Shown here in pieces: positions 14,001 to 27,430 of a DNA stretch of 64,000 bases (position 1 is the first letter of the stretch; each line of letters begins with the position of its first letter). The stretch lies in NCBI GenBank assembly GCA_010015585.1, contig ML975161.1. The stretch is one strand, 5' to 3'. The translations under genes and the position numbers were made by a program. Below the pieces are notes generated by a model, which worked only from the letters and a program-made list of their open reading frames with translations, searched no databases and had not been told where the DNA came from. This stretch comes from Eremomyces bilateralis CBS 781.70. Taxonomy: Eukaryota.

Positions 14001-17000
14001 CCGGCCCAACGGTCGACCTGCTAACGGGAAAAGCGGGAAAAAGTGCAGCATGGAAGCAAACTCCCCTTCTCAAACACCCCAACACCAACTCCAGCCAGTG
14101 GGGTGTCGCAAGGGAGACAGCGCTATCCGTACCAAGCACCTTAGCATGGCATTCTCCCCTCATTCTGCGTTTACCGCCTGATGATGTGTCCTTCGTTTAG
14201 ACTACTAAGTTCTAGACTCCGCACGTCTGAAATCTCCGTACAAGCGAGGTGTGGACTGTGATGCGATCGCGATGTTGTTGAATCCGTTATGTCCGGGGCT
14301 TTCCCCCTCCATCGCAAAGTCTCACAAAGTCTCCGAGATGGAGGAGCAACCCGCCGCCGTTTTAAGTTCATATCGAACTGGGGGTTGGAATTATGTCGAT
14401 CAGAAGTCGGGGTTAACTGCTCGATGAAGTAAAATGGTGTAGACTTCAATTCTGAACTTGTCCTTTACCATTTTTGGATGCTCCCGTCGGGGAATGATAG
14501 ACTCTCGGACTGCCGTTCATTGCCCTCGTCGGCGAGTTTTCAGTCACACCAGTCGCGTCATGATTAAAGAGTTGTACTTTGAAGGCTCGCATCCCCGCTT
14601 CATGTACGGAATAAGGTAATCCGTCCTATGGATCAGAAAAGAAATATCGCACAGTTTCAAAGTGTCGGAGCGAGTCTTTCGTCATCTGACACTTGAAACG
14701 CATTTGCGCAACCACACTTTACAAAGGGTGTGGCAAGAGAGATGCCCCCTTTCGAAACGACCGAAAAAGAGCGGAAGGGCATGTAAGAGTCAGCATGATA
14801 CAGAGGTATGCAAGTACCCTTCCTCCAAGTTATTGGCAATATATCAATTATTTGTCTGGTTCCTTTTCGTTTGTGTCGCACAAAACAAGGAATAGGGCTG
14901 GCCTTCTCGTAGCCTGTCCGTTCCAGGAATTCGCAGGAACACTAGAAGCCCGTTTGCCTGAGCATCGATCGATTAGCACTCGAGCTTTTCGGAAAGTGAG
15001 CAAGGCCTTTCTATTCTCAATAATTTCTATCAAAAAGTCCATCATCGGTTTCCTGTTGTTCCCAGAATCGAATCTTACCAGCCTTGCACATTCTGGCAAA
15101 TTCGACCTGTCACCTTTCGAAGTTGACTTCGATCTTACGGAATACTTTATCATGACGCATCTAACCGCGAACGACTCATCTGACAATCGAAGGCTTCAGA
15201 TTGCGTACCTTTCAACATCCTTCCAGAAGATCCGTTGATCCGTCCAACGGTCACGCCTCCCCTCCCGTCCCGCGATCCCGCGATCTGGGTGTAACGACGG
15301 CCACTAAATGACCCGGCCCCCATCCATCCTGTTGCCTCCGTCGCCTCACGGTTCATACAGGTACGGATGCAGCTACCCGCGATACCACCACCCTTTTCTT
15401 CTCCCTCGCTTACCCTCGAGTGTTCCGAGACGCGAGCGCAGCCATGTTCGGTCGAGAAGGGCGGGATGGCATACTTGTACCCGCATTCTTTTCCACCGGT
15501 TCTCGAGGGCTTAGATAGAGTGGTACCACAGGCTACCGATCCCACGGGACCGCACGCGCGGCATCCGCCGCAGAAAATCTCCAAGAACGACCGTACATGC
15601 GTCGAGGAGGAGATGCAATAAGTTGGTGTCATTTTCATATCTCAAATGTCCCAAATCCGAGATTTTTCTAGGGGTTCCTTGTCCTTGCAGCTCGTTTATG
15701 CCCCCCTCGCATCTGCTGGGACTTCATCGCGTCATGGGATCACGATCGCAGATCTGTAGCTTTCGAATCCACCGATAACCCCACTGCGGGAGGTAGGGAA
15801 CAAAGTCGAGATTCCTGGGTGGATGAGGGTGGGATGAGATACGGGTCGGGATGGCAGAAGCAATTTACTTGTGGTTACACGGCATGGATGGGGCGCCCGA
15901 CGTTGGTCAGGAGATTATTGAAGGGGACCGTAACAATAGCAATTCATGCAAGGGAATGCGGACAGACGGTGCTAGTAGAGAGGTGGGAAATGTTTATGTC
16001 CGTCCAAGTTATTTGTTTCAATGAGCCGTTGTGTCGACGCGTGAAACTGATTTATTTAGTGCGCTGTCTATGCGGTATCTGCAACATGTTCCTCACCTTT
16101 GAGGACGAAGTCGCCATTTCCCAATGACCGATGAGTTATTGTTCTCAACATCCCCATGCTGAACTGTCTCCAACACTTCTAGCTCACTGTCATACTCGGA
16201 TTGGGGCCTGAAATAGCATATTTCCTGGCCGGTTTCGCCAAGCTGTAGTCCGTCCGCCCCAGAACATGGAGGAATCTCTGGGGTTGCCTAGTTGAATGCT
16301 GAGAGCGGAGAGACCCATGATATACAACAATAGGGTCGTAACCTCATATACGTAGTGAGTACTAAGTAAGGGCAAGCTGCCGGGAGTGAACGTTGTAGGT
16401 TCGACACCAGACTGCCTTGAGACGCAGGGAATTCGTCGTCATTGGCGCAGGTAGTAGTCGGCACGATGATCTTGAAGCAAAGAGCATCTTTAAAAAGTAA
16501 GTTCTAATGGTCATTCCGAAGTACTGGCCTCTCCAAATATCTGTCACTGTCCCGTCCGTTGGCTCTATCTACTAAGATGTTCTCCTCGCCTTGACGATGT
16601 GCGGGGCTCGGTACTGGAGCCCCTGAAAGAACATATCAGCGACTTCTTGTAGCATACAGGTGACTGGTTTAGATGCACATAGGTCACATCGCATGCCTAG
16701 TGTATCCCAGAGCCGAGTCTCTCCTGGATCCAAGCCACGAGCACTCTATCTCTGGATTTCTAGTATTATGAGTTACCGTACAGTCGTTCATGTAGTTTGT
16801 ATTGCCGGCCCCAGTGGCTGTACCGATACGACATGCTCTGGACGCCCTTAAGCTGGTCGATGCTGCCTCGATCAACCTTGGCTTGAGCGCACCATAAATA
16901 CCTCCACCCCAAGGAGGAGATATGTGGTGGATAGAGATCCATAATTCGGTGTTCTAGATTCTAGGGATATAGCAACAGCAGCACTATATAGCTAACGTTT

Positions 17001-18089
17001 AGGAAATTGGAGTCCATAACCAATAATGACCTTAGCAGGAGGAAGCAGTCAAGGCACCTAATGAATATTTTAATCTGGTCTTGACTCTGCGGCTGTACCA
17101 GTACTCGCTTTGTTGCTATAACTCTATGCGTATGAAGCTGTAGGGACCGTGGTGGCTCCTTCGAAGTGGACATCGGTCTCAGATGTCGACTGACGTTCTA
17201 TTCAGTTGTCATTTCACCCCTGGATTTCGATACGCGCTACGCGGTCGCCGTGAATAGGTTGAGCAGGAGAGAGCGCTTGCATTTACAAATCCACAGGCCA
17301 CTTCCAAGCGTTCAAGATCAGGGATTAGGTAAAAGCATCTCTCGCCTGTGATTCTTTTGAGAGTACATCGTGATAGCCCGCAAAGAATGGTGTCTGATAA
17401 CGGATGAGCTCTCCTTCGCATCTCCCTCTCTCCGCGACCTTGCCTCAGTGACTAGGTATTCTGCCGGTGGTTCGTGAGTAATCCCTTACCGCTATCGCCC
17501 TCGAACGCCTGCCCAAATCCCGGCATTATCAGTTGAGAAACATCCATCATGGTTCTCATATTTATGATCTGAGGTCGTGTTGACACCCAGCCGTTCTTCC
17601 CAAACATGGGAACTGTGACTTCACCACCTGAATCGTCCTTGTGCATGGTAGGCATGGAGGAATCCGTATTCCAGAGGGTTCGCAGGAGAGACACTGGTAG
17701 AGGTGAATCTATCTTGCCAGCGCTGGTCTGTTTTGTTTACCTGGCCACATAAGTACCAGCTTCGCGCACTCCCAACTCTTCTTCTTCTTCCTCATCACTT
17801 TATACCCAACTCTTCTGGAAAAGCTTCAAACCATCCATGTCCACACACCTGAGGAATTTATATTCATTTCCGTTCGCACATCTTTGCATTGGAACCCTTT
17901 CACCCTTGGCTCCGGCTTCGGTCGGCTGCTCTCCCTACCTCTTCTCCTTGATCACTTCGGGAGCTTGCCGTCCCCAGCCACGTAGCGAGCGCCAGGAAAC
18001 CAGTGGCCTTTCACCCTTCGCTCCTACCAATGGCCCTATTGAACAGGAGGGGAGCCTACTCTCCATCCTTCTTTTCCTTGACCACTTCG

Positions 18090-21000
18090 GGAACCTCCCG
18101 TTACCAGCCGCATTGCAAGGGATGCGAGGCCATGTGGCCAGCATTGCGAACGCGCACGGAAGGGCTGGCGCCTAGCCCTGAATGGCAGTAGTAATAATGA
18201 GATGACGACGATGATTCCAGTGCTTGTGCCGCCACTAACAGAGACAGGATCCCTATCCAGACTTCATGGGGATCATACGAGTTCGAAATACTTCCATCAA
18301 CTGAAGCACATGCTCTGCCAAAACTCCTCACCCAGGAGAAAAAAGGTCGAAGGGTGCCATGTCGAGTGTGTTTCGAGCCGGCAGCGGATCGCCAAGAACT
18401 TGGGGATCGTCCCCCACGACAATTCTTGGATGACGACCTTGGGGAACTTCGCGGGATTCTCACTCTCACGATTTTATACTTCTTATTATCTTCCACTTCC
18501 GATCATTATACCAGGAGACCTTTTCATGCTCCTTGCTTACTCCGGCCCTCAATCGGCCCGGAGTTGCTCGACGAGCAGAGATTCACGCTTGGGGGTGCGA
18601 TCATATCAGGCCCTGCCCTCATCGGAATGTTGGGCATGGTGGCGGTAGAGAATCTTCCCGGGGAATGACAAAATGCCATATGAGGTGCAGGCTGTCCAAT
18701 CGGCTTGATGCCAGGCAACACAACTTGTCGGAATGCGGGGACAGGGTGGGAGGAAGCCAGGGGAGGAAAGGAAAGCGGAAGTATAACAGTTCCTGTGTTG
18801 AAAAATACACTTATGCTCAGTCATGCTCACTGTTACAATCATGAAATGCAACAGGTTCATTGTATTTCTGGGCTTGAGTTGCTACCTACACGTGTGCAAT
18901 GTTGTGATTGCCAATCTGAAACCTTTCCGTCATTGTTGAAAAGGGGAATGTGCTGGCCTGAGAGACGGTCCGTGAGTTTCGGCTTCGCTTTGATGGCATC
19001 AAAGATTAACAATCCGCTCTTCAGACTCTTCCAGATCTCAACAGCTTTCCCATATCCATGATTGGGAGTGCTCCTCGCCCCTCTCACATCTCCTCATCCT
19101 CATCCGCTGCCCCAGTTTGGTCCCAAATCCCCAGAATATCCAGCCTTCCAAACCCCACAACAGGCGACGGCTACTCGCTTCTCGGTTTCCTCGGAGGCGC
19201 CACCCGCCGCAGACATATCTCCTCATCCTCATCATGGGCGGGTGGGGAGGCCATGATGGCTTCATGTTTGAACATCTTGCCCCGTCTCTGCTTCCGCGAC
19301 ATCAACGATGCCAGATGTTTCCCAGGCTCGTTCATCTCTGAACCTGGAACATGTAAGACGACGCCAGGCATGTCGCTTTGACGCATTATTCGGTGGCGAA
19401 GCCGCACCATGCGACAAGGTCGTTTTGTCTCCTGTCATGTAGAAGAGCATGGAGAAGCGCCAGTAGCTCAACCTTGGAAGGATATCTTGTCATGCGTCTC
19501 TTGATCAAAGGCTGCCCCAACCAAAGTTAATCAGGTAACACTGGTGTCACTGAGATTCAGCATGGAGCCACTGACTGGCAACTGCCTGGACTTTCACAAT
19601 GGCCAGAGGACACCCATCCCCTTGTGCATCGCCACTCGACTTGCCCCTCGTGCATCATCGCTCACTGGGATGGTAGGCAGCATTACAACCCAGTTCCAGC
19701 GGTTGGGGGTAGGAGAGCTACCCGTATACATTGCTATTCTCGACGATGCGATTAACCGGTTCGGCATCCGGTACGATCTCACTCGGTGATGAGCATTCTC
19801 CCTTCATTTTCAATTTCCCTCTCACTCTTTACTTACATCCAGCTACCTGCCGGAGCGGCTCGATACACCATAGCAGAGCTAAAGGCGAAGCAACGGAGCC
19901 CAGCCGAGGTTTTCGCGCAGTTCAAAGAAGCGCGGAGCGCAATATGGGCGCAGAGCCGTAACAGACAAGCAGCAGAATTCCTCGACGTATTCGTCCGCCA
20001 GAACGAGATGGACCTCCGTAGAGTCGACTGTTACGAGGTCATCATGCCCATTTACCTGCATGCTGACCACAAAGCACACTACTTCTCCAATTCCTCAGGA
20101 CTACCTGGAACAGCTCAAGGGCTCGCGGACGCATGGATGTATGCAATCGACCACATTGCTCCGGCAATGGATTCAGCTGGCAGCGGTGCTGGTCGATCTG
20201 ACGATCAGTCCAGTGGTGAATTTGAAGACGCTGGCGGATCAAATATCGTTGCGAATGCTTCAACCAACATCGCAAAAAGTGCCATGACGTCGCCTGGACA
20301 TGGGAAGAAAAGCACCGACATGAGTTCAAGTGCCTTCGAAGGAAACCAAGAGAAGCTGATGGCTCTGTGTTTGTGGTTGGCTTCATTCCACCCTGGATGA
20401 TTATCGGTATCACGTTTTTACAATCTTTCCGCCCCTCTGCCCTTGAATACCTTCGTCGCTGATCCAGATGCGATCTGGGGATTTCACGACTTCCCCCGCA
20501 TCTGGCAGCGGCAACCAGAGGATGGAGGGAGAAACGACGATATATCGATCCCACGATCTAAAATCGTTGGCATGCGAAAGGACTTGTCGGAGTACCGGCA
20601 ATCGAGCCAGACCATTTCTATGGTGATCGCCGAACTCCGCAAGAACAAGAACCTGAATAAGGCCTTGACTCAGCGAGTGCCTCGCCTCGAGGAGCGGAGG
20701 AGGCCCACTCAGTCTGTCCAATGTCCCCATCATGGCGAACCCACCACCCACTGGCTGGAGCAGAGACGTTGCAGAGCTGAACAGAATTTGAAGAAGGGTG
20801 AAGGATGGATGGTGACAAGTCGAAAGATTTTATAGACGGTATGGCCACGGACTACAATATCTCCTCGAGACAGAAAGGGTACAGCGAGCCCATTCTGTCC
20901 CCGTAGTCCGTGGCCATCAACAGAGATAAAATACGTCAATAAAATAAATCGGCAAGTGGATGCCTGACGGGCCAGTTGCTGTCGACTCTCATCCTAGATT

Positions 21001-21130
21001 GTCCGGGATAATGGATACCGTCAATGCGACGTTCGCACATGGAGGGCCAACAAAGCTGCCCTCAGAGTTCTACGGCCCGAAATTGGGGGAGATTCTCGAC
21101 AAAGTGGCGGTTGAAGAATGGAATGCCGTC
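18090..21130 (+). pseudogene. Degenerate remnant of the SNF2/RING half of a DNMT5-type (cytosine methyltransferase-SNF2 ATPase) gene
   Basis: Broken-frame segments in the order expected for DNMT5: CKGCEAMWPAL; QFQRLGVGEL (decayed motif II); RSPAEVFAQFKEARSAIWAQSRNRQAAEFLDVFVRQNEMDLRRVDCYEVIMPIYLHADHKAHY (cf. family AEKFHSFRE..S..WH..RH..AQ.FL..FVRQN.AEI...E...V.LP.AERAIY); coiled segment then QCPHHG; FYGPKLGEILD (cf. FG.KL..I at the start of HELICc). Many stops and frameshifts. Confidence 0.5.
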
Positions 21131-21412
21131 TCCCTTTCCATTCCAGCTAGCCAGTGGTGTGTGGCATGCACTGGCTCCCGGCTCCCCAACGAATGGACAG
21201 CCGGGTCGCCGTCCAAGCACACCAACCAGAGCCCGGACAGCGACCCGGGACGCGCAGAGAACCAAGTCAGCTGGGGAGTGGGGTCGGCACCATCATCCAC
21301 TCTCCACTGGACGAAGGACGGGAAGAGGAGAGTGGGGTGTTGGGTTGGAATGGGGAGTGGTGGGAGAAGGGGGCAGAGACGTGGAACAACAAAAAACTCC
21401 TGGGGACAGAAC

Positions 21413-21440
21413 AATAAATAAATAAATAAAATAAAATAAA
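21413..21440 (+). repeat. (AAAT)n/(AAAAT)n microsatellite
   Basis: aataaataaataaataaaataaaataaa. Confidence 0.85.
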
Positions 21441-21731
21441 CTTCCCATTTTTCTTCCTGGTAGTGAAGTTGCAATGTATCAAATCCGTTTGACGTTAGTT
21501 TCCATCCGATGTTTCTTGTGAATCGAGCATCCCGGACATGGCTAATTCCAGCCAGGAGGATTATCACGCACCATCACCAACGTCAGTCACAAAGAATTAC
21601 GCCGGAGACGAGTAACAGCGCGTTGCGAAATCATTCACGATCTTAAAATGTGCTGACTCGAGCTTCTTCAACGCAGTGCCACAGCGGGATATCTCATACA
21701 AAACACTAGTCAAAGTCTTCCATTGCCAGAC

Positions 21732-21761
21732 CAACCGCTCAACCGCTCAACCGCTCAACCG
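21732..21761 (+). repeat. 8-bp tandem repeat (CAACCGCT) x3.75
   Basis: caaccgct caaccgct caaccgct caaccg, downstream of the OGT stop codon. Confidence 0.9.
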
Positions 21762-22175
21762 AACCGGGAACGAGTGCGGACGAATAAAAACCCCACTCTC
21801 AAAGGATCGAAGAATCGTGGAAATCAACGCCTTAAACCATGCTTGCTTGCTTGCTCTGCTCGCGTTGTGAAGAAGTGGCCAACATCCGCCAGGTCTAGTT
21901 TCGGAAAAAGACGGCTGACCTCACACCCTGTAAAAGCCCCAATACGATACTGTTGTTTCCGTCGAGAAGAGAGGAATGGATGACGAGGTATGAAAACGCC
22001 ACGACCGACCGACCGACTGACTAGATGCCTGCGAAGGCAATATTCGTAACCCGTGAACTCATAACCCATCTGTTTAACTGCCTGTGTGCATGACACGGCT
22101 CGGATGCACCGTTACGCCTTTTCACCATGTCACACCGCCACACAATCAATAAACCTGCCGATAAGACTCCATCTT

Positions 22176-25100
22176 TCATCCGCCCCGCGGCTCGTTCGCC
22201 AACCAAATATCCCCCCCCTCCCCCTTCACCCACCGCTCCCACGCCACCCAGCATGCGTCCTCCAAATCGCCCACCCACCGCCTAGTATCGAACAGCGCGC
22301 TCGTCATCCGGCTCTCATACAGCAGCCGCCTTAACCCCCCCAGCCGCCCCACCACGCGATGTCGATCGTACCGCGTCCCCAGCGCCAACTGCACCGCTAG
22401 GTTCTCGTATTCTTCCTCGCTGTTCGCGATCAGCATGTTCGCGGCCTTCCGCCCCTCCTCCGTCTTCGGCAGCGCGCCCTTGAGGATGCTTCCCGCCATG
22501 CGACTACACATCTTGTAGGGATAGCGACCGAGGGTGAGCAGCGGGGTGCCGGACCAGAGGACGTCGGCGGCAGTGGTGTGCGCGTTGCATTCGGGAGTGT
22601 CGAGGAAGAGGTCACAGACGCGCGCGCGGGCGATGTGTTGGTGCTTCGGGGCGACGTCGGTGAAGATGATGCGGGAGGCCACTTCGGGAGAGGCCCATTG
22701 GTGGGCGGTGTGGCGGAGGTGGGTTTCGCCGAGGTCGGGGAAGCGGAGGAGCCAGAGGACGGAGTTGGGGATGCGGGAGAGGATGCGGAGCCAGGTGCGG
22801 AAGGTGGTGGGTTCGATCTGTTGATAAAGTCAATATAACGCTCAGACCAAAATTGGGGTTGAGGTAGGAGAGGTCAAAGCATACCTTATACAACTGGTTG
22901 AAATTTCCCAAAATCAACACATCATCCGCCAGATTCGGAAAGATCTCCTTCCGCATCTTCCACCGCCGCATCTGCTCCGCGTCCCAGTCCAACTGCCCTC
23001 CATGCGCATCCGGCGCGCTCTGCCGATGATCACAGCAGAAGAACGTATCACGGCAATAGATGATGTTCTCGCTATACACCCAGTCCTCCTGGCCGCCGCC
23101 GAAATTCTCATCCACGAGCTGGTCTTCGAAATCGACGTTGCGCCGCCATGGACGCAGCGTCGACGGCGGCACGGCAGTCTCGTCGGCGAGGAGGTAGTCG
23201 CACCACTCGGCGCCTAGGGTGCCGGCGAAGCCCATGAAGGACATCTGGATTGGGGCGGCGCGGGCGGCGAAAATCTCGTTGCGGGCGCCGCGGGTGTAGC
23301 CGTTGAGGTTGACGAGGATATGAATGCCGTCGGCGACTATTTGGTTGACGAGCTTCTCGGCGGACCAGGCGCTGGCGTCGTATATGACGGGGGCCTCGCG
23401 CTCGATTTGCTGGCGGTGGATGGACTTGTCGCTGGCGGTGGTGGCGTAGCAGTAGGCTTTGATGCGCTTGGTGTCGTGCATTCCAAAGACGGATTGCATG
23501 AGGTGCGCAAGGGGGTGGTTGTTGAAGTCGGAGGAGACGTAGCCGACTTTCAGGTACGGTTTCGGTGGTGCGGGAGGAGGGTAGACGGTCTTTGGTAACC
23601 ATGGCGCTTTGAGCGTGGTGCACGAGATCCGAAGCCCGTTCCGCTGGGAGATCAACCGAATCTGCTTCGCGGACATCGGACACGTGAATGTGTGGAACGG
23701 CAAGACCGTCGGCGCGGCCGGAACGGTAAGGTTCGACGGCAGCGTCGGTCGGGTATATGTCGAGATGGGCCGCGACCGTTTCTTCAGGTACCGATCCTGG
23801 TACCACAGCCAGACGAGCCGCCGAATCGACCGTTCGATCAACCGAAGAATCCTCGCCCCCTCCCACCGATGCCCGGCCCATTTCCCCAGCGTCATCTTCA
23901 TGCTATCTGCCTTCTCTTTCAGCTGCTGGGAGCTGCACCCCAGGGCGAGCACGCGGGTGATCTGCGCCAGGAACGTCTCGTTGATGGACCCCTTGCCCCA
24001 GTACTCCCCGTCGGCCAGCTGCTTCTCCACGAGATCGACCACCCGCTTCATCCACCCGGAGTTAATCACACCCGCCTGCGCGGAATCCAGCAACATCCCA
24101 TGCTCGTTGACGTGCCATCGATCCCGCCTTCCCCCGTCCGCCGCGATCCCGCCTCGCCCGGCCCAGTTGCAGACGGAGTTCAGTGCGTTGGCGAGGCCGC
24201 AGACTGCCTCGGCGAAGTCGGGGCTGGACGCGACAGCGCGCTTGTAGTAGGTGATGGCGTCGGCGATGCGGCCTTGGTCCTTGACGGCGTTGGCGAGGTT
24301 GGCAAGCGCGATGTCGAAGGTGCCGTCGCAATTGACAGCCTGCTCGTACATCTTCACCGCGGCCTCGAGCTGGCCGATGTCTTTCAGGAGGCTTCCGAGG
24401 TTCGTGTAGAGGTGCGCGTGGCGTTGGTCCAGGTTGAGGCCGTAGTTGTAGTACAGCAATGCGAGGGCGACACCGCTGCCAGGTATCACCCCTGGCAAGA
24501 CTGACGCTTGGTTGGACAAGTGCGGGTTCGGAACGGCTTGCTGGACGCCCGCCAGGAGGATGCCAACATTGTTTGCCGTGGAGGGGCTGGGCTGAAGCGC
24601 AAGGGATAGATAATAAAGGGCGAGGATGTCGCGAACGCTGAATGATGATTGATAACCTCCGTTCTTCATCGAATTCGACGCCATCCCATCCTGGAAGATC
24701 TTCGCGAGCGATAGTAGCGAATTGCTCGTGGTCGATATCGCGGCCTTCTTGGACACCCCATCGGAATGTAGGTCGGCCAAACCGGGCAGTTGCCCATCCG
24801 GTTGGAAGCATAGCTTGTGAGTCCACAGCGCTTTCTCGGGCGGCAATAGGATTGGATCGGAGACGAGGGTCTGGTGCTGAAAGTTCAGGAGGTCGGGAAA
24901 CCCGGTCGTGAGGACTCCGATGATATGCGCGATCAGGCCGCTGATAGTCTTCATTCGTCGGCCCGCACCAATCAGGACGGCGGTCTCGAATGCCTTGGCG
25001 GCGCCGACGTTGTCGCCCATGGCGTACAGCATGTTTCCCTTGGCGTGGATCAATTGGAGCATGCGTCCATTCTCGGCGCCGGGGATGGCATATCCACTGG

Positions 25101-27430
25101 ACCCGAATCCAGGCTCTTTGGAAACGGCGTTCGGGTCTTTGAAGGCCATGTCGGTGTCGCCGTCGTACTCAAAGACCGGCTTATCGGACGTCTCGGACAT
25201 GCATGGGGATTTCGACGCGTTGGAGAGCTCACCTCGAGAGTCGTTGGATTCGGCGCGTTTCTTCATTTGAAGGGAACGCTCGACAAATTCGATGACGGCG
25301 ACAGCGTCTTTTCCTCGATGCTCGTTGCAAAGAAGGCCGATGAGATGTTCCACCGCTTCGAAGTAACTGGGCCGAAGTTTTATGGCGCGAATCCAATAAT
25401 GCTCGGCTTGTTTCTTGTCGTGCATGGCGAGGAACGTCGCGGCCAAGTTTCCAATCGCTTCCACATGGCTGTATGAATTAGTACCTGCATAGAAGTAGGG
25501 TTCAATCCATCACTTACTTCTGGTCCAACTCCAGGATATTCGAGTATAATTTCAGCGCATGCTGATAGTCCCCCAACGCGTACGCCAAGCACCCTGCCAA
25601 TAGCAACCCCTCAATCCATTGCCAATTGCTATTCTCACAATATAGGCACAACGTCTCCAGACACTGTCTCGCCAGTTGATGATAATGCGTTTCACGAAGA
25701 TTCTGATCCATCGGCGACACAGATGTCCCCGACATCCTTCGCAACGTCCGCATCTGATCGCGGATCTGGGTGATGTGGCCGTAATTCGGCGCGAATCCGT
25801 GCGGGCCCCAGAGCGAGGGCGGATCCATGTGTTGCTGCGACGATCGTCGTTGCTGGTAGGGATCCGGTTGCCAGCCGTCGGGGCGGACGTTTTCCGGGTG
25901 TTGCCAATTCGGCGTGTTGTGACGGTGTGGAATGACGGAGGGGTCAATTCGGTCGTTGCGCTGCTTATTGAGCTCGTTGGCAAAGGACGAGGTGCTCCGC
26001 GATTTGGAGTGATGGGAATGTGAATGTGAAGTGGAAGCTGAAAAGTCCACACCCGGCTGGCGCGGTGGTTTGGGGTAGATCGCCGGACGTGAATTCGAGC
26101 GCTTTCCATTATCATTCAGTTTGCGGGTTTGGTGAAGGAATTTGAGCAGCTCGATGTAAACCACGTGCGCCTGCGCGAAGACGCGTTCCCGCATCCGCGC
26201 GTTCTCCATGCTTGAATTCGTTTCTAATGGCCGCAACGACGGCGTTGGCGGCCCGCGCGGCGTGGACTGTCCGGATGAACACACACCTAGAGCTGGGTCC
26301 GCGGTTCCGTGACCGAAATTTTGTGGTATCGTTGCATTATTGTATTGGTTCATCACATGTACAGGAGGGTAGACATGGTTCGCTCCATGATTGGGATATG
26401 ACGTCGCGGCGGCTTCAGGGGTATGAGGTCCAGGGAAATTGGATAGGTTGGGATTCGGCGGGTATAGCGGATGGGAAAAATTGGTATTGATTCCGGTTTG
26501 CCAATCGGGTACCAGAGGACCGAGAGCACTGAATTGCGGTGGTTGTTGCCAGAGGGGCGCCACGGGGTATCGGTTATCTCTCATCGCTGCGGGTCGGAAA
26601 GGCATAGAATACCCGTTCTGCCAGAATGAAGGATAGGCGGACCCTTGATCGTTGAGAGTGGTAGGACTAAGTGCGTTTTGGAAGGATGGTGGAACAATCC
26701 CCCAGTTCTGCGACGCATAATTCGGATAGTGAACCGGGAGATTCTGATAAAGGGATTGATTGAGAACCGAATCGATCTGGGGCGTGACTCGTTGGCCGAA
26801 GGACATGTCCATGGACATATTCGGATCCAGTCCAGTATGTCCGGCACCACCCCAGATATCGGTCTTGTTGCGGGCCTGATAATGGGCTCCGCCGTTTCCA
26901 GCCATGCCAGGCGACCGCAGGGGCAGTTCGGTCAAGCCTCCTTGCAACGGCATATTCAGCATCCCGGTGTCCATCGGCGGCGACGAAGTGACGGGAAGCA
27001 GGATATGTTTCATGGCGTGTGGTCGCTCGATTTGCTCCACGGAGGTCCCATCGTATGCTCCGGTCAGCACGCCGCTGGGGGTCTTCCGCCGCAAGAAGTG
27101 TTCGGACTGCATCGCGGCGCGGTCGTTCTCCCGATGCGGAGTATGATTGGGATAGGAATTGTGTCGTTGGAGAGGATAGGCGTAGTTTTGCGGGAGGGTT
27201 TGGGAGGAGTCGCGGCGTCGGGCCTGGGAGAGCTGTCGGAGTTGGGGGTTCTGCATCATCGCGCCAGCGCCGGCGTGGGAATTCGTATTCACATGCCCCA
27301 GATCTCGATAGCGCCCCATCGGCGAGGCGGGGAGGGAATTATACAAATCGCCATGGCCCGCTCCGTTCCGGTCAAAGAGGTTCGTTTGCGTGCCGAGCTG
27401 CGCAGGCAGCTGTCGGATCGTGGTCGTCAT
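22176..27430 (-). CDS. OGT: O-linked N-acetylglucosamine transferase (GT41; TPR repeats plus catalytic domain); exons 27430-25518, 25468-22885, 22817-22176
   Basis: TPR repeats (HAHLYTNLGSLLKDIGQLEAAVKMYEQAV; FDIALANLANAVKDQGRIADAITYY) and GT41 motifs VGYVSSDFNNHPLAHLM, IHILVNLNGYTRGARNEIFAAR, APIQMSFMGFAGT, NFNQLYK|IEP and DTPECNAHTTAADVLWSGTP. GT-AG introns at 25517-25469 and 22884-22818 join three ORF-track fragments in frame. Confidence 0.95.

Noticed and set aside
14693..15638. Cluster of 110-180-aa ORFs on both strands
   Set aside because: No recognisable homology or consistent exon structure; cannot be supported without a search.
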